Shown: one piece after another, positions 19,200-29,750 of the stretch | Layout: each line of letters starts with the position of its first letter | Numbering within the stretch: position 1 is the first letter of the stretch | NCBI GenBank assembly: GCA_963705105.1 | Contig: CAVPIW010000005.1 | Location: 1 to 64,000 of the forward strand | Length of the DNA stretch: 64,000 nucleotides | Source of the DNA: an uncultured Nitrospiraceae bacterium | GTDB lineage: Bacteria > Nitrospirota > Thermodesulfovibrionia > Thermodesulfovibrionales > Dissulfurispiraceae | Reading direction: 5' to 3' | The notes under the pieces: model-generated | What the model was told of the DNA's origin: nothing | Database searches by the model: none | What the model saw: the letters and a program-made list of their open reading frames with translations, nothing else | Position numbers and translations under genes: made by a program

Positions 19200-20184
19200 G
19201 CTGACAGACAAAAAGGCACGGAGCACGGCTCATTTCATCCTCGGCATCCTCCTCTGCTGCCTCGCCCTTGCCGTGCCGGACCCTGCCCTGCCGTCGGGGC
19301 CGGAGGACGCCCCACCGGCGCAACCGGGCGGAACGATTTCAGATACTGTCGCCGCCCGCACACACTCTGCTGAAACAGAGGACTTGCCGGCGCCGGAACA
19401 TCCTGTAATCGCCCTGGAGGACACGGAGAAACAGGGCGGTGACGGGCAGGAGGGTGAGCCCGGGCCTCAGGGAGCAGGCGAGGAGGGAAGCGCTGAGAAA
19501 AAGGAATCGGATGTTGGCGAGATGCTGTACGACCCCTTTGCCGAAAAAGAGGCTGCAGAGGAGCTTGCCGATGAGGTACCTCCCGTCGCCGACCCCCTTT
19601 ATCCGCTGAATCTCGCCATGTTCCACGTCAATGACAAGCTCTATTTCTGGCTTTTCAAGCCTGCGGCGCAGGTCTACTCCTATTTCATTCCCGAGTTCAT
19701 GCGCATAGGCATCGGCAACTTTTTTTACAACCTTGCGATGCCGATCAGGCTCGTCAACAACCTGCTGCAGGGGAAATTCAAGCATGCCGGGAATGAGCTC
19801 GTCCGGTTCGTCGTGAATACGACGGCAGGTGTTGCAGGATTCGCCGATTTTGCAAAGAACAGGCTGGACCTCCCGCCCCACGATGAAGACCTCGGGCAGA
19901 CCTTCGGCACCTACGGCATGGGCCACGGGATATACCTCATCTGGCCCATCCTTGGACCGTCTTCAGTCAGGGACACCATCGGCTGGGTGGGAGACAGGTT
20001 CCTCAGCCCCACATATTACATCACGCCATTTGCGGACAGTATGGCCGTCAATGCCGTCGATACGGTCAACAAGACGTCATTGAGGATCGGCGATTACGAA
20101 ACCATCAAAGATGCCGCCGTCGACCCCTACGTCTCAATCCGCGACGCATACATACAGAACCGCAAGAAAGTCGTTGCGGAGTGA
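19192..20184 (+). CDS. mlaA: MlaA/VacJ family protein with acidic N-terminal linker
   Basis: RFVVNTT, EDLGQT, PILGPSSVRD, DPYVSIRDAY. Confidence 0.9.
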   Translation: MSRLTDKKARSTAHFILGILLCCLALAVPDPALPSGPEDAPPAQPGGTISDTVAARTHSAETEDLPAPEHPVIALEDTEKQGGDGQEGEPGPQGAGEEGSAEKKESDVGEMLYDPFAEKEAAEELADEVPPVADPLYPLNLAMFHVNDKLYFWLFKPAAQVYSYFIPEFMRIGIGNFFYNLAMPIRLVNNLLQGKFKHAGNELVRFVVNTTAGVAGFADFAKNRLDLPPHDEDLGQTFGTYGMGHGIYLIWPILGPSSVRDTIGWVGDRFLSPTYYITPFADSMAVNAVDTVNKTSLRIGDYETIKDAAVDPYVSIRDAYIQNRKKVVAE

Positions 20185-20213
20185 GCGGAACATGAATGAT
20201 ATGTGAGGGTGCA

Positions 20214-21872
20214 ATGCTCAAGACGATCGATCCGTCGAAGACGAAAAGCTGGAAGAAACTCAGCTCTCATTACAAGATGATGAAGGGTGTGCACATGCGG
20301 GACCTTTTCGAGCAGGACCCGGCCCGGTTTCAGGCCTTTTCACTTTCCCTGGGCGATATCCTTGTGGATTTCTCGAAGAACAGGATCACCGAGGAAACAC
20401 TGAGGCTCCTCTTCGCCCTTGCCGGGGAAGTCGATCTGCGCGATGCCATCGACCGCATGTTCAGCGGCGACGGGATAAACGGGACGGAAAAACGCTCTGT
20501 CCTGCACACCGCCCTCAGGAACAGGGCAAATATTCCCGTCTGCGTCGACGGCACCGACGTCATGCCCGGTGTCAACGCCGTCCTCGCTCAGATGAAGGAT
20601 TTTTCGGAGCGACTCGTCGACGGCAGCTGGACAGGATATACCGGCAGAAGGATCACCGACATAGTCAATATCGGCATCGGCGGGTCAGATCTCGGTCCGC
20701 TCATGGTCACGGAGTGCCTCAGGCCTTTTGCGACAAGAGGGATCCGGGCGCATTTCGTTTCGAATGTGGACGGGACGCATATCTCTGAAACACTGAGGAA
20801 GGTCGACCCGGAAACGACTCTCTTCCTCATTGCATCGAAGACCTTCACGACCCAGGAGACGATGACGAACGCTTTCACGGCCCGGCAGTGGTTTCTCGGG
20901 ACGGCACGGGAAGAGAGACACATATCGAAGCATTTCGTCGCCATATCGACGAACGCAAAAGCGGTCCAAAATTTCGGCATAGACCGGGACAACATGTTCA
21001 TCTTCTGGGACTGGGTCGGGGGCAGGTACTCCCTGTGGTCCGCAATCGGCCTCTCGATCGCCATTACCATAGGCTTCGATCTTTTCACCGAACTGCAGGA
21101 TGGAGCATTCGAAATGGACCTGCATTTCAGGAATACCCCTTTCGAGCGCAACATCCCTGTCATACTTGCCCTGATCGGCATCTGGTACACGAACTTCTTC
21201 GGCGCCGAGACCGAGGCGATTCTACCCTACGACCAGTACATGCATCGTTTCCCTGCCTATTTTCAGCAGGGCAACATGGAGAGCAACGGCAAATCAGTGG
21301 ACAGAAAAGGCGACCCTATTGCCTATCAGACGGGACCCGTTATCTGGGGCGAGCCCGGCACGAACGGCCAGCACGCCTTCTACCAGCTCATCCACCAGGG
21401 CACGAAGCTCATCCCTGCCGACTTCATCGCTCCCGCGGTCAGTCATAACCCTGTCGGCGAGCACCACGCCATCCTGCTCTCGAACTTTTTCGCGCAGACG
21501 GAGGCCCTCATGCTCGGCAAATCCTGGGATGAGGTCCGGGAGGAGATGGAACGCGACGGCTTCAGCCCTGACGACATCAATCGCGTCGGACCCCACAGGG
21601 TCTTCGAGGGGAACAGGCCGACCAATTCGATCCTGATAAGAAAGCTCACCCCGCGCATTCTCGGGAGCCTCATCGCCTTGTATGAGCATAAGATCTTCGT
21701 CCAGGGAGTCATATGGAACATCTTCAGCTTCGACCAGTGGGGGGTCGAGCTGGGGAAGCAGCTCGCAAAGAAAATACTTCCCGAGCTGGCCGGTGAAACG
21801 CCCGTTTACACCCACGACTCCTCGACGAACGGGCTGATCAACACGTATAAAACTATGCGGAGCAGTCAGTAA
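20214..21872 (+). CDS. pgi: Glucose-6-phosphate isomerase
   Basis: [26 protein letters not shown]. Confidence 0.98.
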   Translation: MLKTIDPSKTKSWKKLSSHYKMMKGVHMRDLFEQDPARFQAFSLSLGDILVDFSKNRITEETLRLLFALAGEVDLRDAIDRMFSGDGINGTEKRSVLHTALRNRANIPVCVDGTDVMPGVNAVLAQMKDFSERLVDGSWTGYTGRRITDIVNIGIGGSDLGPLMVTECLRPFATRGIRAHFVSNVDGTHISETLRKVDPETTLFLIASKTFTTQETMTNAFTARQWFLGTAREERHISKHFVAISTNAKAVQNFGIDRDNMFIFWDWVGGRYSLWSAIGLSIAITIGFDLFTELQDGAFEMDLHFRNTPFERNIPVILALIGIWYTNFFGAETEAILPYDQYMHRFPAYFQQGNMESNGKSVDRKGDPIAYQTGPVIWGEPGTNGQHAFYQLIHQGTKLIPADFIAPAVSHNPVGEHHAILLSNFFAQTEALMLGKSWDEVREEMERDGFSPDDINRVGPHRVFEGNRPTNSILIRKLTPRILGSLIALYEHKIFVQGVIWNIFSFDQWGVELGKQLAKKILPELAGETPVYTHDSSTNGLINTYKTMRSSQ

Positions 21873-21883
21873 TCATCTTATGC

Positions 21884-21910
21884 TGTAGGGGCCGTTCCCC
21901 GAACGGCCCG
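21884..21910 (+). repeat. GTAG-type REP palindrome
   Basis: GTAG-GGGCCGTTC-CCC-GAACGGCCC; related copy on the - strand at 46290-46316. Confidence 0.75.
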
Positions 21911-21922
21911 ATAGACTTCTAT

Positions 21923-22372
21923 ATGGTCATCAAAGAATCCATCGAAATCCATGCCCCCTTGCAGGTGGTATGGGGCGTTTTCGCGGGCTTCGAGAACTGG
22001 AAAGACTGGAATACCGTGTGTCAGAGCTGCTGCATCGTCCGGGGCGGCGAAATGTCCGGGGGGACCTGTTTCCGGTTCACGCTGAGACCTTACTTCCTGC
22101 CGATCAAGGTGACCCCGGTCATCGTCAAGTGTGAGCCTGCCAGGGAGGTCGTGTGGGCGGGAAGCCGTTTCGGCGTCCATGCCGAGCATTCATTCACCTT
22201 TATGGAGAGAGATGGCAAGGTTGTTATAACAAGCATAGAAACGTTCCGGGGCTTCATGCTCTGGGTGTCACGCCTCATCTTCATCCCCCGCAAGCTTCAC
22301 CGGCTCACACAGCAGCTCCTGCGCCAGATCAAGGAGCATTCCGAGTCCTGCTCGGGAGGTTCGGCGGCGTGA
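21923..22372 (+). CDS. SRPBCC/polyketide-cyclase family protein
   Basis: SIEIHAP..VW and WKDWN pattern. Confidence 0.8.
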   Translation: MVIKESIEIHAPLQVVWGVFAGFENWKDWNTVCQSCCIVRGGEMSGGTCFRFTLRPYFLPIKVTPVIVKCEPAREVVWAGSRFGVHAEHSFTFMERDGKVVITSIETFRGFMLWVSRLIFIPRKLHRLTQQLLRQIKEHSESCSGGSAA

Positions 22373-22376
22373 GAAA

Positions 22377-22409
22377 TTGACATAGCGCCGGGCAAAAGGG
22401 TAATATAAT
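22377..22409 (+). promoter_or_regulatory. Sigma70 promoter of the tRNA pair
   Basis: TTGACA followed by TAATATAAT. Confidence 0.65.
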
Positions 22410-22438
22410 CTCTACGTTTTTTCGCGCCGCCGCCGGGC

Positions 22439-22514
22439 GGGCGGATAGCTCAGTCGGGAGAGCGCAGCCCTTACAAGGCTGAGGTCACAGGTTCGATCCC
22501 TGTTCCGCCTACCA
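22439..22514 (+). tRNA. tRNA-Val(TAC)
   Basis: Cloverleaf; CAGCC-CT-TAC-AA-GGCTG anticodon arm, GGTTCGA, CCA end. Confidence 0.96.
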
Positions 22515-22544
22515 TTGGCGAAAGCATCTCTGCTCATTCTCATT

Positions 22545-22621
22545 GGGGCGGTAGTTCAGCTGGTTAGAACGTCGGCCTGTCACGCCGAAGGTCGCGGGTT
22601 CGAGCCCCGTCCGCCCCGCCA
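22545..22621 (+). tRNA. tRNA-Asp(GTC)
   Basis: Cloverleaf; TCGGC-CT-GTC-AC-GCCGA anticodon arm, GGTTCGA, CCA end. Confidence 0.96.
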
Positions 22622-22633
22622 TTTCTATACGAA

Positions 22634-22670
22634 AACACAAGGGGTCATCCTCACGGATGACCCTTTTGTT
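22634..22670 (+). terminator. Intrinsic terminator after tRNAs
   Basis: GGGTCATCC-TCAC-GGATGACCC then TTTTGTT. Confidence 0.85.
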
Positions 22671-22674
22671 CGCC

Positions 22675-22876
22675 TTAACTCTGCAATAGGACCTCCGGAA
22701 AGGCAGGGCCTATGCGTCGACAAGCCTCGGTGCTGCGAAACCTTTGCCTTCCCATACAGACACCATCAGGCCGACGGCTGAAAAAAGGTGAACCTTTTGC
22801 TGACACTCACACAGACACTGACACTGTTTTTCAGAGCGCTTCCCCCGCCTTTCCGTGCATTTGGAGGAAGGTTCAT
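22675..22876 (+). repeat. Intergenic hairpin repeat subtype E
   Basis: B-like left arm and (GACACT)n tract; closely similar to 39820-40017. Confidence 0.9.
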
Positions 22877-23308
22877 TCAGGGGACCGTTATGGTCAGGAT
22901 GTCCGTCTTGCTGTCAAAGGCCTGCACGGAGTAGGACGCCCCCGGCAGCCTGTCATGCAGTTGGGGTATACTGCTGATTCCCCCGAATTCCGCGCCGGAT
23001 ACGAAGCTGTGGTGCCCGTTCAGTGTGATGTTGAACTGGGGCGGCGGGCCGATCTGCGCAATCTGGATCGTCACGTATCCCCCGTCCTGCAGCACGCCGG
23101 GCACGGTCGTGATCTTCCGGAGATAGTAGGCGACGAGAAATCCTTCCGCATCGAGCACGTCCCCCGCATCGCTGACGGTCGCATCGAGCGTACCCGGCGA
23201 ACCTGTGGCGCTCACGAAGTTTCTGACAAGCTGAAAGACGATATCCTGCGCATAAACGGCATGCACACATGTGAAAAGGATGCAGACGACCAACAGGACC
23301 TTCTTCAT
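22877..23308 (-). CDS. Hypothetical secreted protein
   Basis: AGGAGG RBS; signal peptide MKKVLL...VYA. Confidence 0.75.
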   Translation of the reverse strand: MKKVLLVVCILFTCVHAVYAQDIVFQLVRNFVSATGSPGTLDATVSDAGDVLDAEGFLVAYYLRKITTVPGVLQDGGYVTIQIAQIGPPPQFNITLNGHHSFVSGAEFGGISSIPQLHDRLPGASYSVQAFDSKTDILTITVP

Positions 23309-23427
23309 TTTCTTCCTCCTTGTAAATCTTGATGGTCACCAATGCTTTTTTGTTCTTTCTTTGCGCCCTTTGCGACTTTGCGTGAGAATAAATCCGCTTC
23401 TGACATAAAGCTCCGGAAGGTAAAGAT

Positions 23428-23468
23428 AAAAAAGCGGGGTGATGAAGTCCGTCTTCATCACCCCGCCT
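23428..23468 (-). terminator. Intrinsic terminator of nuo operon
   Basis: GCGGGGTGATGAAG/CTTCATCACCCCGC stem with T tract on the - strand. Confidence 0.88.
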
Positions 23469-23496
23469 GATATTGTGAACCAATCAGTCTTTTTCG

Positions 23497-24903
23497 CTAT
23501 CCCAGCATCGGCATAATGGGAAGAATCGACGGCATCACTCCGAGGATGAGGACCATGATGACCGTGACGCCGATCGCAACGCCGAGCGCGGGCGAGATGC
23601 TTACCCCGACATCCTCCGTCATGTCCTTCATGTACATGTTCATGACGATTCTCAGGTAGTAGTAGGCCGATATGGCGCTGAACATGACGGCGATGATCGT
23701 CAGCCAGGCATATCCGGCCTTGATGGCGGCCATGAAGATGTTGAACTTGCCGATAAAGCCGGCCGTCGGCGGAATCCCCGTGAGGGAGAACATGAAGACG
23801 AGCATCAGTCCGGCCACAAAGGGATGGCTCTTGGACAGGCCGTTGTAATCGCTGATATTCTCACCCTTGTTGAGCAGGATCACGATGGCGAAGGCGCCGA
23901 TGTTCATGAAGGCGTAGATCATGAAGTAGACGATCATCGCGTTGAGGCCCTCGATGGTCCCTGAAATGACGCCCAGAAGCGCATATCCCGCATGGGCGAT
24001 TGACGAATAGGCGAGCATTCTCTTGATGTTGGTCTGGACGAGGGCCAGGATGTTCCCGACGGCCATAGTCAGTATGGCGATGCCGATGAAGATAGCCGTC
24101 CAGTCGGCCTGCATGCTCTGGAATGCGACGTAGAACACCCTACCGATCACAGCGAATCCTGCGGCCTTGGGGCCGACGGACATGAAGGCCGTCACCGACG
24201 TCGGTGCGCCCTCGTAAACATCCGGTGCCCACATGTGGAAGGGAGCCGCGGCGATCTTGAAGGAGAAGGCAGTGATGATGAAGATCATGCTCGTCAGGAG
24301 CATCGGTGTAATCTCCGCCTGCCTGAGGTAGTCCGATATCTTATAGATGTCTGTCGTCCCCGTCTGGCCGTAAAGAAGCGATATGCCGTAGAGGAGAATG
24401 GCCGAGGAGAAGCCGCCGAGGAGGAAGTACTTGATCGCCGCCTCATTGGACTTCACGTCGTGCCTCTTGATGCCGGCAAGGATGTATGTGCTGAGAGCCA
24501 TGAGCTCGAGGCCGAGGTAGAGGACGATCAGGTCCTTTGACGAGGCCATGAACATCATGCCCGCCGTCGAGAAAAGCAGGAGACCGTAATATTCCCCGAA
24601 TTCCGCCTTTTCCTTTTTCAGATACCGCAGCGACAGCATCACCGTGAGCATCAGGTTGATCATGAAGATGAATTTGAAGTAGGCGCTGTAATTGTCATTG
24701 ATGAACATCCCTCCGAAGGTCTCTCCCTGCGGCGCTGTCGGGATGGCATAGACGAGCACGACCGCTCCGACCGTCAGGGCAATGAGGCCGAGGGCCGCCT
24801 TCTCCTCCATGAAGAGCTCGAACATGAGGAGCGCCAGGGCGGCGACGACCATGATCAGCTCGGGCGTAAGGGGTGCCAGATCGGGAAAGGGTATATTCAT
24901 CAT
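23497..24903 (-). CDS. nuoN: Complex I subunit N
   Basis: EAAIKYF, PFHMWAPDVYEGAP, KRMLAYSSIAH. Confidence 0.96.
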   Translation of the reverse strand: MMNIPFPDLAPLTPELIMVVAALALLMFELFMEEKAALGLIALTVGAVVLVYAIPTAPQGETFGGMFINDNYSAYFKFIFMINLMLTVMLSLRYLKKEKAEFGEYYGLLLFSTAGMMFMASSKDLIVLYLGLELMALSTYILAGIKRHDVKSNEAAIKYFLLGGFSSAILLYGISLLYGQTGTTDIYKISDYLRQAEITPMLLTSMIFIITAFSFKIAAAPFHMWAPDVYEGAPTSVTAFMSVGPKAAGFAVIGRVFYVAFQSMQADWTAIFIGIAILTMAVGNILALVQTNIKRMLAYSSIAHAGYALLGVISGTIEGLNAMIVYFMIYAFMNIGAFAIVILLNKGENISDYNGLSKSHPFVAGLMLVFMFSLTGIPPTAGFIGKFNIFMAAIKAGYAWLTIIAVMFSAISAYYYLRIVMNMYMKDMTEDVGVSISPALGVAIGVTVIMVLILGVMPSILPIMPMLG

Positions 24904-26426
24904 TTTATCACCTCAGCGATATGTTGAGATATCTGGGTTTGACCTGCCGTGTTGATCCGTTCGAGGAGGTGCTGCACCGAGACGTCCATGTAACTCAGGA
25001 AGGTGTTCGGATAGATGCCGATCCAGAAGACGAGGATCAGCATCGGCAGGAGCGTCAGGAGTTCCCTCATGTTCACGTCATGCAGGTGATGGTGCTCGAC
25101 GAGCTTCGGGTTAACCCCGAGGAAGAAGACGTTCTGATAGAGCCAGAGCATGTACGCCGCGCCGACGATGATGCCTGTCGACGCCAGGGCGCCCAGGGTC
25201 TTGGACGCGGTGAACCCTCCCAGGAGGATAAGGAATTCGCCGATGAAGCCGTTCGTCCCGGGCAGCCCGATGGATGCGAGGGTGAAGACCATGAAGAAAG
25301 AGGCGAAGACGGGCAGGAGCGTCGCAACGCCCCCGTAATCGGCTATAACCCTCGTATGGGTCCGTTCATAGATGATACCGACGCAGAGGAAGAGCGCCCC
25401 CGTCACGACACCGTGATTGACCATCTGCAGTATGCCTCCCTGCAGACCCTGCATGTTCAGGGCGAAGAGACCGAGGGTCACAAACCCCATGTGGCTGACG
25501 GAGCTGTAGGCGATGAGCCTCTTGAGGTCCGTCTGGCCCAGGCAGATGACTGCGCCGTATATGATCGCCACGACGGAAAGGATCATCATAGCCGGCGCCA
25601 TCGCCTTCGTGGCTTCCGGGAAGATGGGCATGTTGAATCTCAGGAAACCGTACGCGCCCATCTTGATGAGCACGCCGGCAAGGATGACGCTTCCCGCTGT
25701 CGGAGCCTCCGTATGGGCGTCAGGCAGCCATGTGTGGACGGGGAACATGGGGACCTTGACGGCAAAGGCCGCGAAGAAGGCCCAGAAGAGGATGAGCTGA
25801 AGCCAGTACGGATAATTCGTCGTCATCATCCTGAGGATGTCGAAGCTCTTTCCGGTGTAGAAATAGAGGACGATGATGCCGATGAGCATGAGCACGCTGC
25901 CGACAAGGGTAAAGAGGAAGAACTTTATCGCCGCGTATATGCGGTTCGGGCCTCCCCAGACCCCTATGAGAAGATACATGGGAATGAGCATTGCCTCCCA
26001 GAAGATATAGAAGAGGAACATGTCGAGGCTGCAGAAGACGCCGATCATCGAGCCTTCGATCAAAAGCAGGGCTGCGTAGAACTCCTTCGCCCTGTCGGTG
26101 ATGGCCGTCCATGATACGGTCACGCAGAGGATCGTCAGAAGGGTCGAAAGCAGGACGAAGAGCACGCTGATGCCGTCGATGCCGAGGGTGTAATAGATGG
26201 ACCACGCCGGCACCCACTGGAATCTCTCGACGAACTGCATGCTCGCCGTCGCCTTATTGAAGTCGGTGAAAAGAGGGATGCTGAGCAGGAACGCGGCAAA
26301 GCTGATATACAGGGCCAGCCACTTGGCGATGCCTTCCTGCGACCTCGGCACAAGGAGGATGGCGAAGGCGCCGGCGATCGGCAGGAATATGAGGGTGCTT
26401 AAGATGGGATAGGTGAGCTGCTCCAT
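24900..26426 (-). CDS. nuoM: Complex I subunit M
   Basis: FYIFWE, HTWLPDAHTEAP, KRLIAYSS. Confidence 0.96.
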   Translation of the reverse strand: MEQLTYPILSTLIFLPIAGAFAILLVPRSQEGIAKWLALYISFAAFLLSIPLFTDFNKATASMQFVERFQWVPAWSIYYTLGIDGISVLFVLLSTLLTILCVTVSWTAITDRAKEFYAALLLIEGSMIGVFCSLDMFLFYIFWEAMLIPMYLLIGVWGGPNRIYAAIKFFLFTLVGSVLMLIGIIVLYFYTGKSFDILRMMTTNYPYWLQLILFWAFFAAFAVKVPMFPVHTWLPDAHTEAPTAGSVILAGVLIKMGAYGFLRFNMPIFPEATKAMAPAMMILSVVAIIYGAVICLGQTDLKRLIAYSSVSHMGFVTLGLFALNMQGLQGGILQMVNHGVVTGALFLCVGIIYERTHTRVIADYGGVATLLPVFASFFMVFTLASIGLPGTNGFIGEFLILLGGFTASKTLGALASTGIIVGAAYMLWLYQNVFFLGVNPKLVEHHHLHDVNMRELLTLLPMLILVFWIGIYPNTFLSYMDVSVQHLLERINTAGQTQISQHIAEVIK

Positions 26427-26435
26427 GTATCCTCC

Positions 26436-28370
26436 TTACCGTCCGACTGCTATTAAGACAATGGTTAATATCACAAAGAGGCCGACACCCATGCCGATTC
26501 CGTAGTGCTGGAGGGAACCGGTCTGCAGGGTCCTGAGTTTCGTGCCGAAGTCCCTGATCGCCGCGGGCACGCCGTTGATGATGCCCTCGATGATCTTGCC
26601 GTCGGTGAACCCGACGAGGATGTTTGTCGCCGCCCATTTCGTGGGTCTGACGATCGTCGCGTCGTAGAGCTCATCGACGTAGTATTTATTCCACAGTGTC
26701 GTATAGATGCGGTTGAAGTTCCGGGCGAGGGCCTTCGGAATTTCCGGCTTGAGCGAGTAGAAAATCCACGATGTTATGATACCGCCCACGGCGACGGCTA
26801 TCGATATGCCCATGACCATGAATTCCTCTTCATGTGTGCCGTGCACATGAGGGTGACCGAGGACGGGCTCGAAGAAATGGGCGATCCAGTTGCTGCCGCC
26901 GATCGCCGCCGGAATGCCCACCCATCCTGCGCCCACGGCGCCGACGGCAAGGATCATGAGAGGCACCGTCATCGCCGGCGGCGATTCATGGAGGTGATGC
27001 TCCTGCTCATGGGTGCCCCGGAACTTGCCGTGGAAGGTGAGGAAGATGATCCTGAAGCTGTAAAATGCCGTGAGTGCGGCGACGATCGTCCCCATCACCC
27101 AGACGACCTTTCCGATCGTTCCTCCGTTATATGCGAGCCACAGGATCTCGTCCTTGCTGAAGAAACCGGCCAACCCCGGTATCCCGGCGATGCTGATGGA
27201 CGCGAGGAGGAAGGTCCAGTATGTCGTGGGCATGTATTTCTTGAGGCCTCCCATCTTCTGGATGTCCAGCTCGCCGCCCATGGCGTGCATGACGCTGCCG
27301 GCGCCGAGAAAGAGGAGGGCCTTGAAGTATGCGTGGGTGTAAAGGTGGAATATGCCCGCACCGTAGGCGCCGACGCCGCAGGCGAGGAACATGTATCCGA
27401 GCTGGCTCACCGTCGAATAGGCGATGATCCTTTTGATATCATTCTGAACGAGGCCGATCGTGGCGGCGAAGAGGCTGGTGACAGCGCCCGTGATGGCCAC
27501 GACGCCCATCGCGATGGGCGAGAGATTGAAGAGGGGGTTGAAGCGGGCGACCATGAAGACGCCGGCCGTGACCATCGTGGCGGCGTGGATCAGGGCGCTG
27601 ACCGGTGTGGGGCCCTCCATGGCATCAGGCAGCCACACATGCAGGGGGATCTGGGCCGACTTGCCCACGGCGCCGCAGAAGAGCAGCAGGGCGATGAGGG
27701 TGACCAGGTCGACGTCGTAGCCGAGCATGTTGATCGTCTGGCCCTGCAGGGTCCCGACCTTGGCGAAGATGTCGGTGTAGAAAATGCTTCCGAGGGTCAG
27801 GAAGATCATCATGACGCCGAGGCCGAAGCCGAAGTCGCCGAAGCGGTTCACGATAAAAGCCTTCTTCCCTGCGTCGGAGGCGCTCTGTTTGTCGAAGTAG
27901 TAGCCGATCAGGAAGTACGAGCACAGGCCGACAGCCTCCCATCCGAAATAGAGCTGCAGGAGGTTGTTGCCGGTGACGAGCATGAGCATCGAGAAAGTGA
28001 AGAGGCTGAGATAAGAGAAAAAGCGGTAATACCCCGTGTCACCATGCATGTAACCGACCGAATAGATGTGGACGAGGGTGCTGACGCTCGTCACGACGAT
28101 GAGCATGATGGCCGTCAGTTGATCGATGAGAAACCCGACGGAGACCTGGAAGGTCCCCGAAACCATCCACGTATAGAGGTTGTAATTATATGTCTTACCG
28201 CCGGCGACATCGATGAAAGTCAGGACGGCGAGCACGAAGGAGGCAAAAACAGCCGGTACGGCGACCCAGTGAGCCTTGTCCCTGATGTATTTTTTCCCGA
28301 AGAGGATGTTGATGAGAAATGCTATGAGTGGTAGAAACGGTATTAGTATGTATGGTTCCATCGGGCTCAC
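26436..28370 (-). CDS. nuoL: Complex I subunit L
   Basis: GKSAQIPLHVWLPDAMEGPTPVSALIHAATM. Confidence 0.97.
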   Translation of the reverse strand: MSPMEPYILIPFLPLIAFLINILFGKKYIRDKAHWVAVPAVFASFVLAVLTFIDVAGGKTYNYNLYTWMVSGTFQVSVGFLIDQLTAIMLIVVTSVSTLVHIYSVGYMHGDTGYYRFFSYLSLFTFSMLMLVTGNNLLQLYFGWEAVGLCSYFLIGYYFDKQSASDAGKKAFIVNRFGDFGFGLGVMMIFLTLGSIFYTDIFAKVGTLQGQTINMLGYDVDLVTLIALLLFCGAVGKSAQIPLHVWLPDAMEGPTPVSALIHAATMVTAGVFMVARFNPLFNLSPIAMGVVAITGAVTSLFAATIGLVQNDIKRIIAYSTVSQLGYMFLACGVGAYGAGIFHLYTHAYFKALLFLGAGSVMHAMGGELDIQKMGGLKKYMPTTYWTFLLASISIAGIPGLAGFFSKDEILWLAYNGGTIGKVVWVMGTIVAALTAFYSFRIIFLTFHGKFRGTHEQEHHLHESPPAMTVPLMILAVGAVGAGWVGIPAAIGGSNWIAHFFEPVLGHPHVHGTHEEEFMVMGISIAVAVGGIITSWIFYSLKPEIPKALARNFNRIYTTLWNKYYVDELYDATIVRPTKWAATNILVGFTDGKIIEGIINGVPAAIRDFGTKLRTLQTGSLQHYGIGMGVGLFVILTIVLIAVGR

Positions 28371-28669
28371 CCCTTCATCTCTACGATTTCATCGGTGTGG
28401 ATGACAGCCTTGTTCCTGAATAGTGAAACGAGAATCGCCAGGCCGATCGCCGCTTCCGCTGCCGCCACGGTTATTATGAAAAAGACGAGTATCTGTCCAC
28501 GCAAATCCTGCAAATAGTGGCTGAAGGCGATGAGGCTGATATTCACGGAGTTGAGCATAAGTTCAATGGAGATGAGCATGATGAGGATGTTTCTCCGGAC
28601 GAGAAAGCCGATCATGCCGATGACGAATATTGTCGAGCTTAAAGCGATATACCATGTGAGTGGAACCAT
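28367..28669 (-). CDS. nuoK: Complex I subunit K
   Basis: RRN, IELMLN, VAAAEAAIGLA. Confidence 0.96.
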   Translation of the reverse strand: MVPLTWYIALSSTIFVIGMIGFLVRRNILIMLISIELMLNSVNISLIAFSHYLQDLRGQILVFFIITVAAAEAAIGLAILVSLFRNKAVIHTDEIVEMKG

Positions 28670-28678
28670 CTGCCCTCC

Positions 28679-29185
28679 CTATGTCCTCTTTTTCGCCAAT
28701 ACGACGGCGCCGATGATCGCTATGAGCAGCACGAGGGACGCGATCTCGAACGGAAGGAGAAACTCGGTGTAGAGCACCTTGCCGATCGCCTTCGTATGCG
28801 TTTCTGTCTTGATCATTTCTATTGTGTACGGACCCTGGGGCCCCTGGACGAACTTGCCGAGGGAGAAGAAGATCATCATCAGGATCGACACGCCCACGGC
28901 CACCCCGATCGGCCACTCCCCGATAAAGCGGTCGACGTTGAACTCTTCGCGGAGGTTGAGCATCATGATGACGAAGAGGAACAGGACGAGGATCGCCCCT
29001 GCATACAGGATGATCTGCACGGCCGCAAGGAATTCAGCGTTCAGGAAAAGGTAGAGCCCGGCGATATGGAAAAAGAGCAGCAGCATCCAGAGTATGCTGT
29101 GCACCGGGTTCTTTCTCGTGATGATGACGAGGGAAAGAACGACCATGACGACTGCGAAGTAACCGAAGAATATCTGAGGGAGCAT
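28679..29185 (-). CDS. nuoJ: Complex I subunit J
   Basis: NPVHS, QIILYAGAILVLFLF, PFE. Confidence 0.96.
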   Translation of the reverse strand: MLPQIFFGYFAVVMVVLSLVIITRKNPVHSILWMLLLFFHIAGLYLFLNAEFLAAVQIILYAGAILVLFLFVIMMLNLREEFNVDRFIGEWPIGVAVGVSILMMIFFSLGKFVQGPQGPYTIEMIKTETHTKAIGKVLYTEFLLPFEIASLVLLIAIIGAVVLAKKRT

Positions 29186-29188
29186 CGT

Positions 29189-29731
29189 CTACCTCCTGCC
29201 CTTGAACACGGCCTGGTTCTCGGAGCCCGTAAAGTCCTCGGTTTTGGGCCTCCAGAACTTCGTGTAGAATTCGTAATCCTTGTCGCCGGCCATGTACGCG
29301 TCCCAGTTCTCCATGAGTTTTTCCTTCGTCATGAAGAGATCCTGCTTCGAGTAGACCGAGTACTCATAGTTCTCCGAAAGCATGATCGCCATGTACGGAC
29401 ATGCTTCGTAGCATAAGCCGCAGTAGATGCATCTCAGGACCTCCACCTCGTACCGGTCGACGATCTTGGTATTATCAGGCCCCTCACTCGTATAGACCTT
29501 GATGCACTTGGAAGGGCAGACGGCCGCGCAGAGACCGCATCCCACACAGCGGGCGGTGCCGTCAGGCCGGCGCGGCAGGGCATGGAGCCCCCTGAATCCG
29601 GGTTGGACCGGCCTCTTCTCCTCGGGATACTGCCTCGTCACGGCATGGCTGAAGAGCATCTTGAGAGTCAGGGCCATACCCTTGAGGATCTCGAGGAGTA
29701 AAAACTTTTTCGTCAGTTCGTTGAATGTCAT
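29189..29731 (-). CDS. nuoI: Complex I subunit I
   Basis: QYPEE; two CxxCxxCxxxCP motifs. Confidence 0.96.
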   Translation of the reverse strand: MTFNELTKKFLLLEILKGMALTLKMLFSHAVTRQYPEEKRPVQPGFRGLHALPRRPDGTARCVGCGLCAAVCPSKCIKVYTSEGPDNTKIVDRYEVEVLRCIYCGLCYEACPYMAIMLSENYEYSVYSKQDLFMTKEKLMENWDAYMAGDKDYEFYTKFWRPKTEDFTGSENQAVFKGRR

Positions 29732-29750
29732 CGAAACACTCTCCTTCTAT

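Noticed and set aside
26505..28334. 609-aa + strand ORF and similar long shadow ORFs
   Set aside because: Antisense to well-supported genes (nuoL); expected in GC-rich DNA
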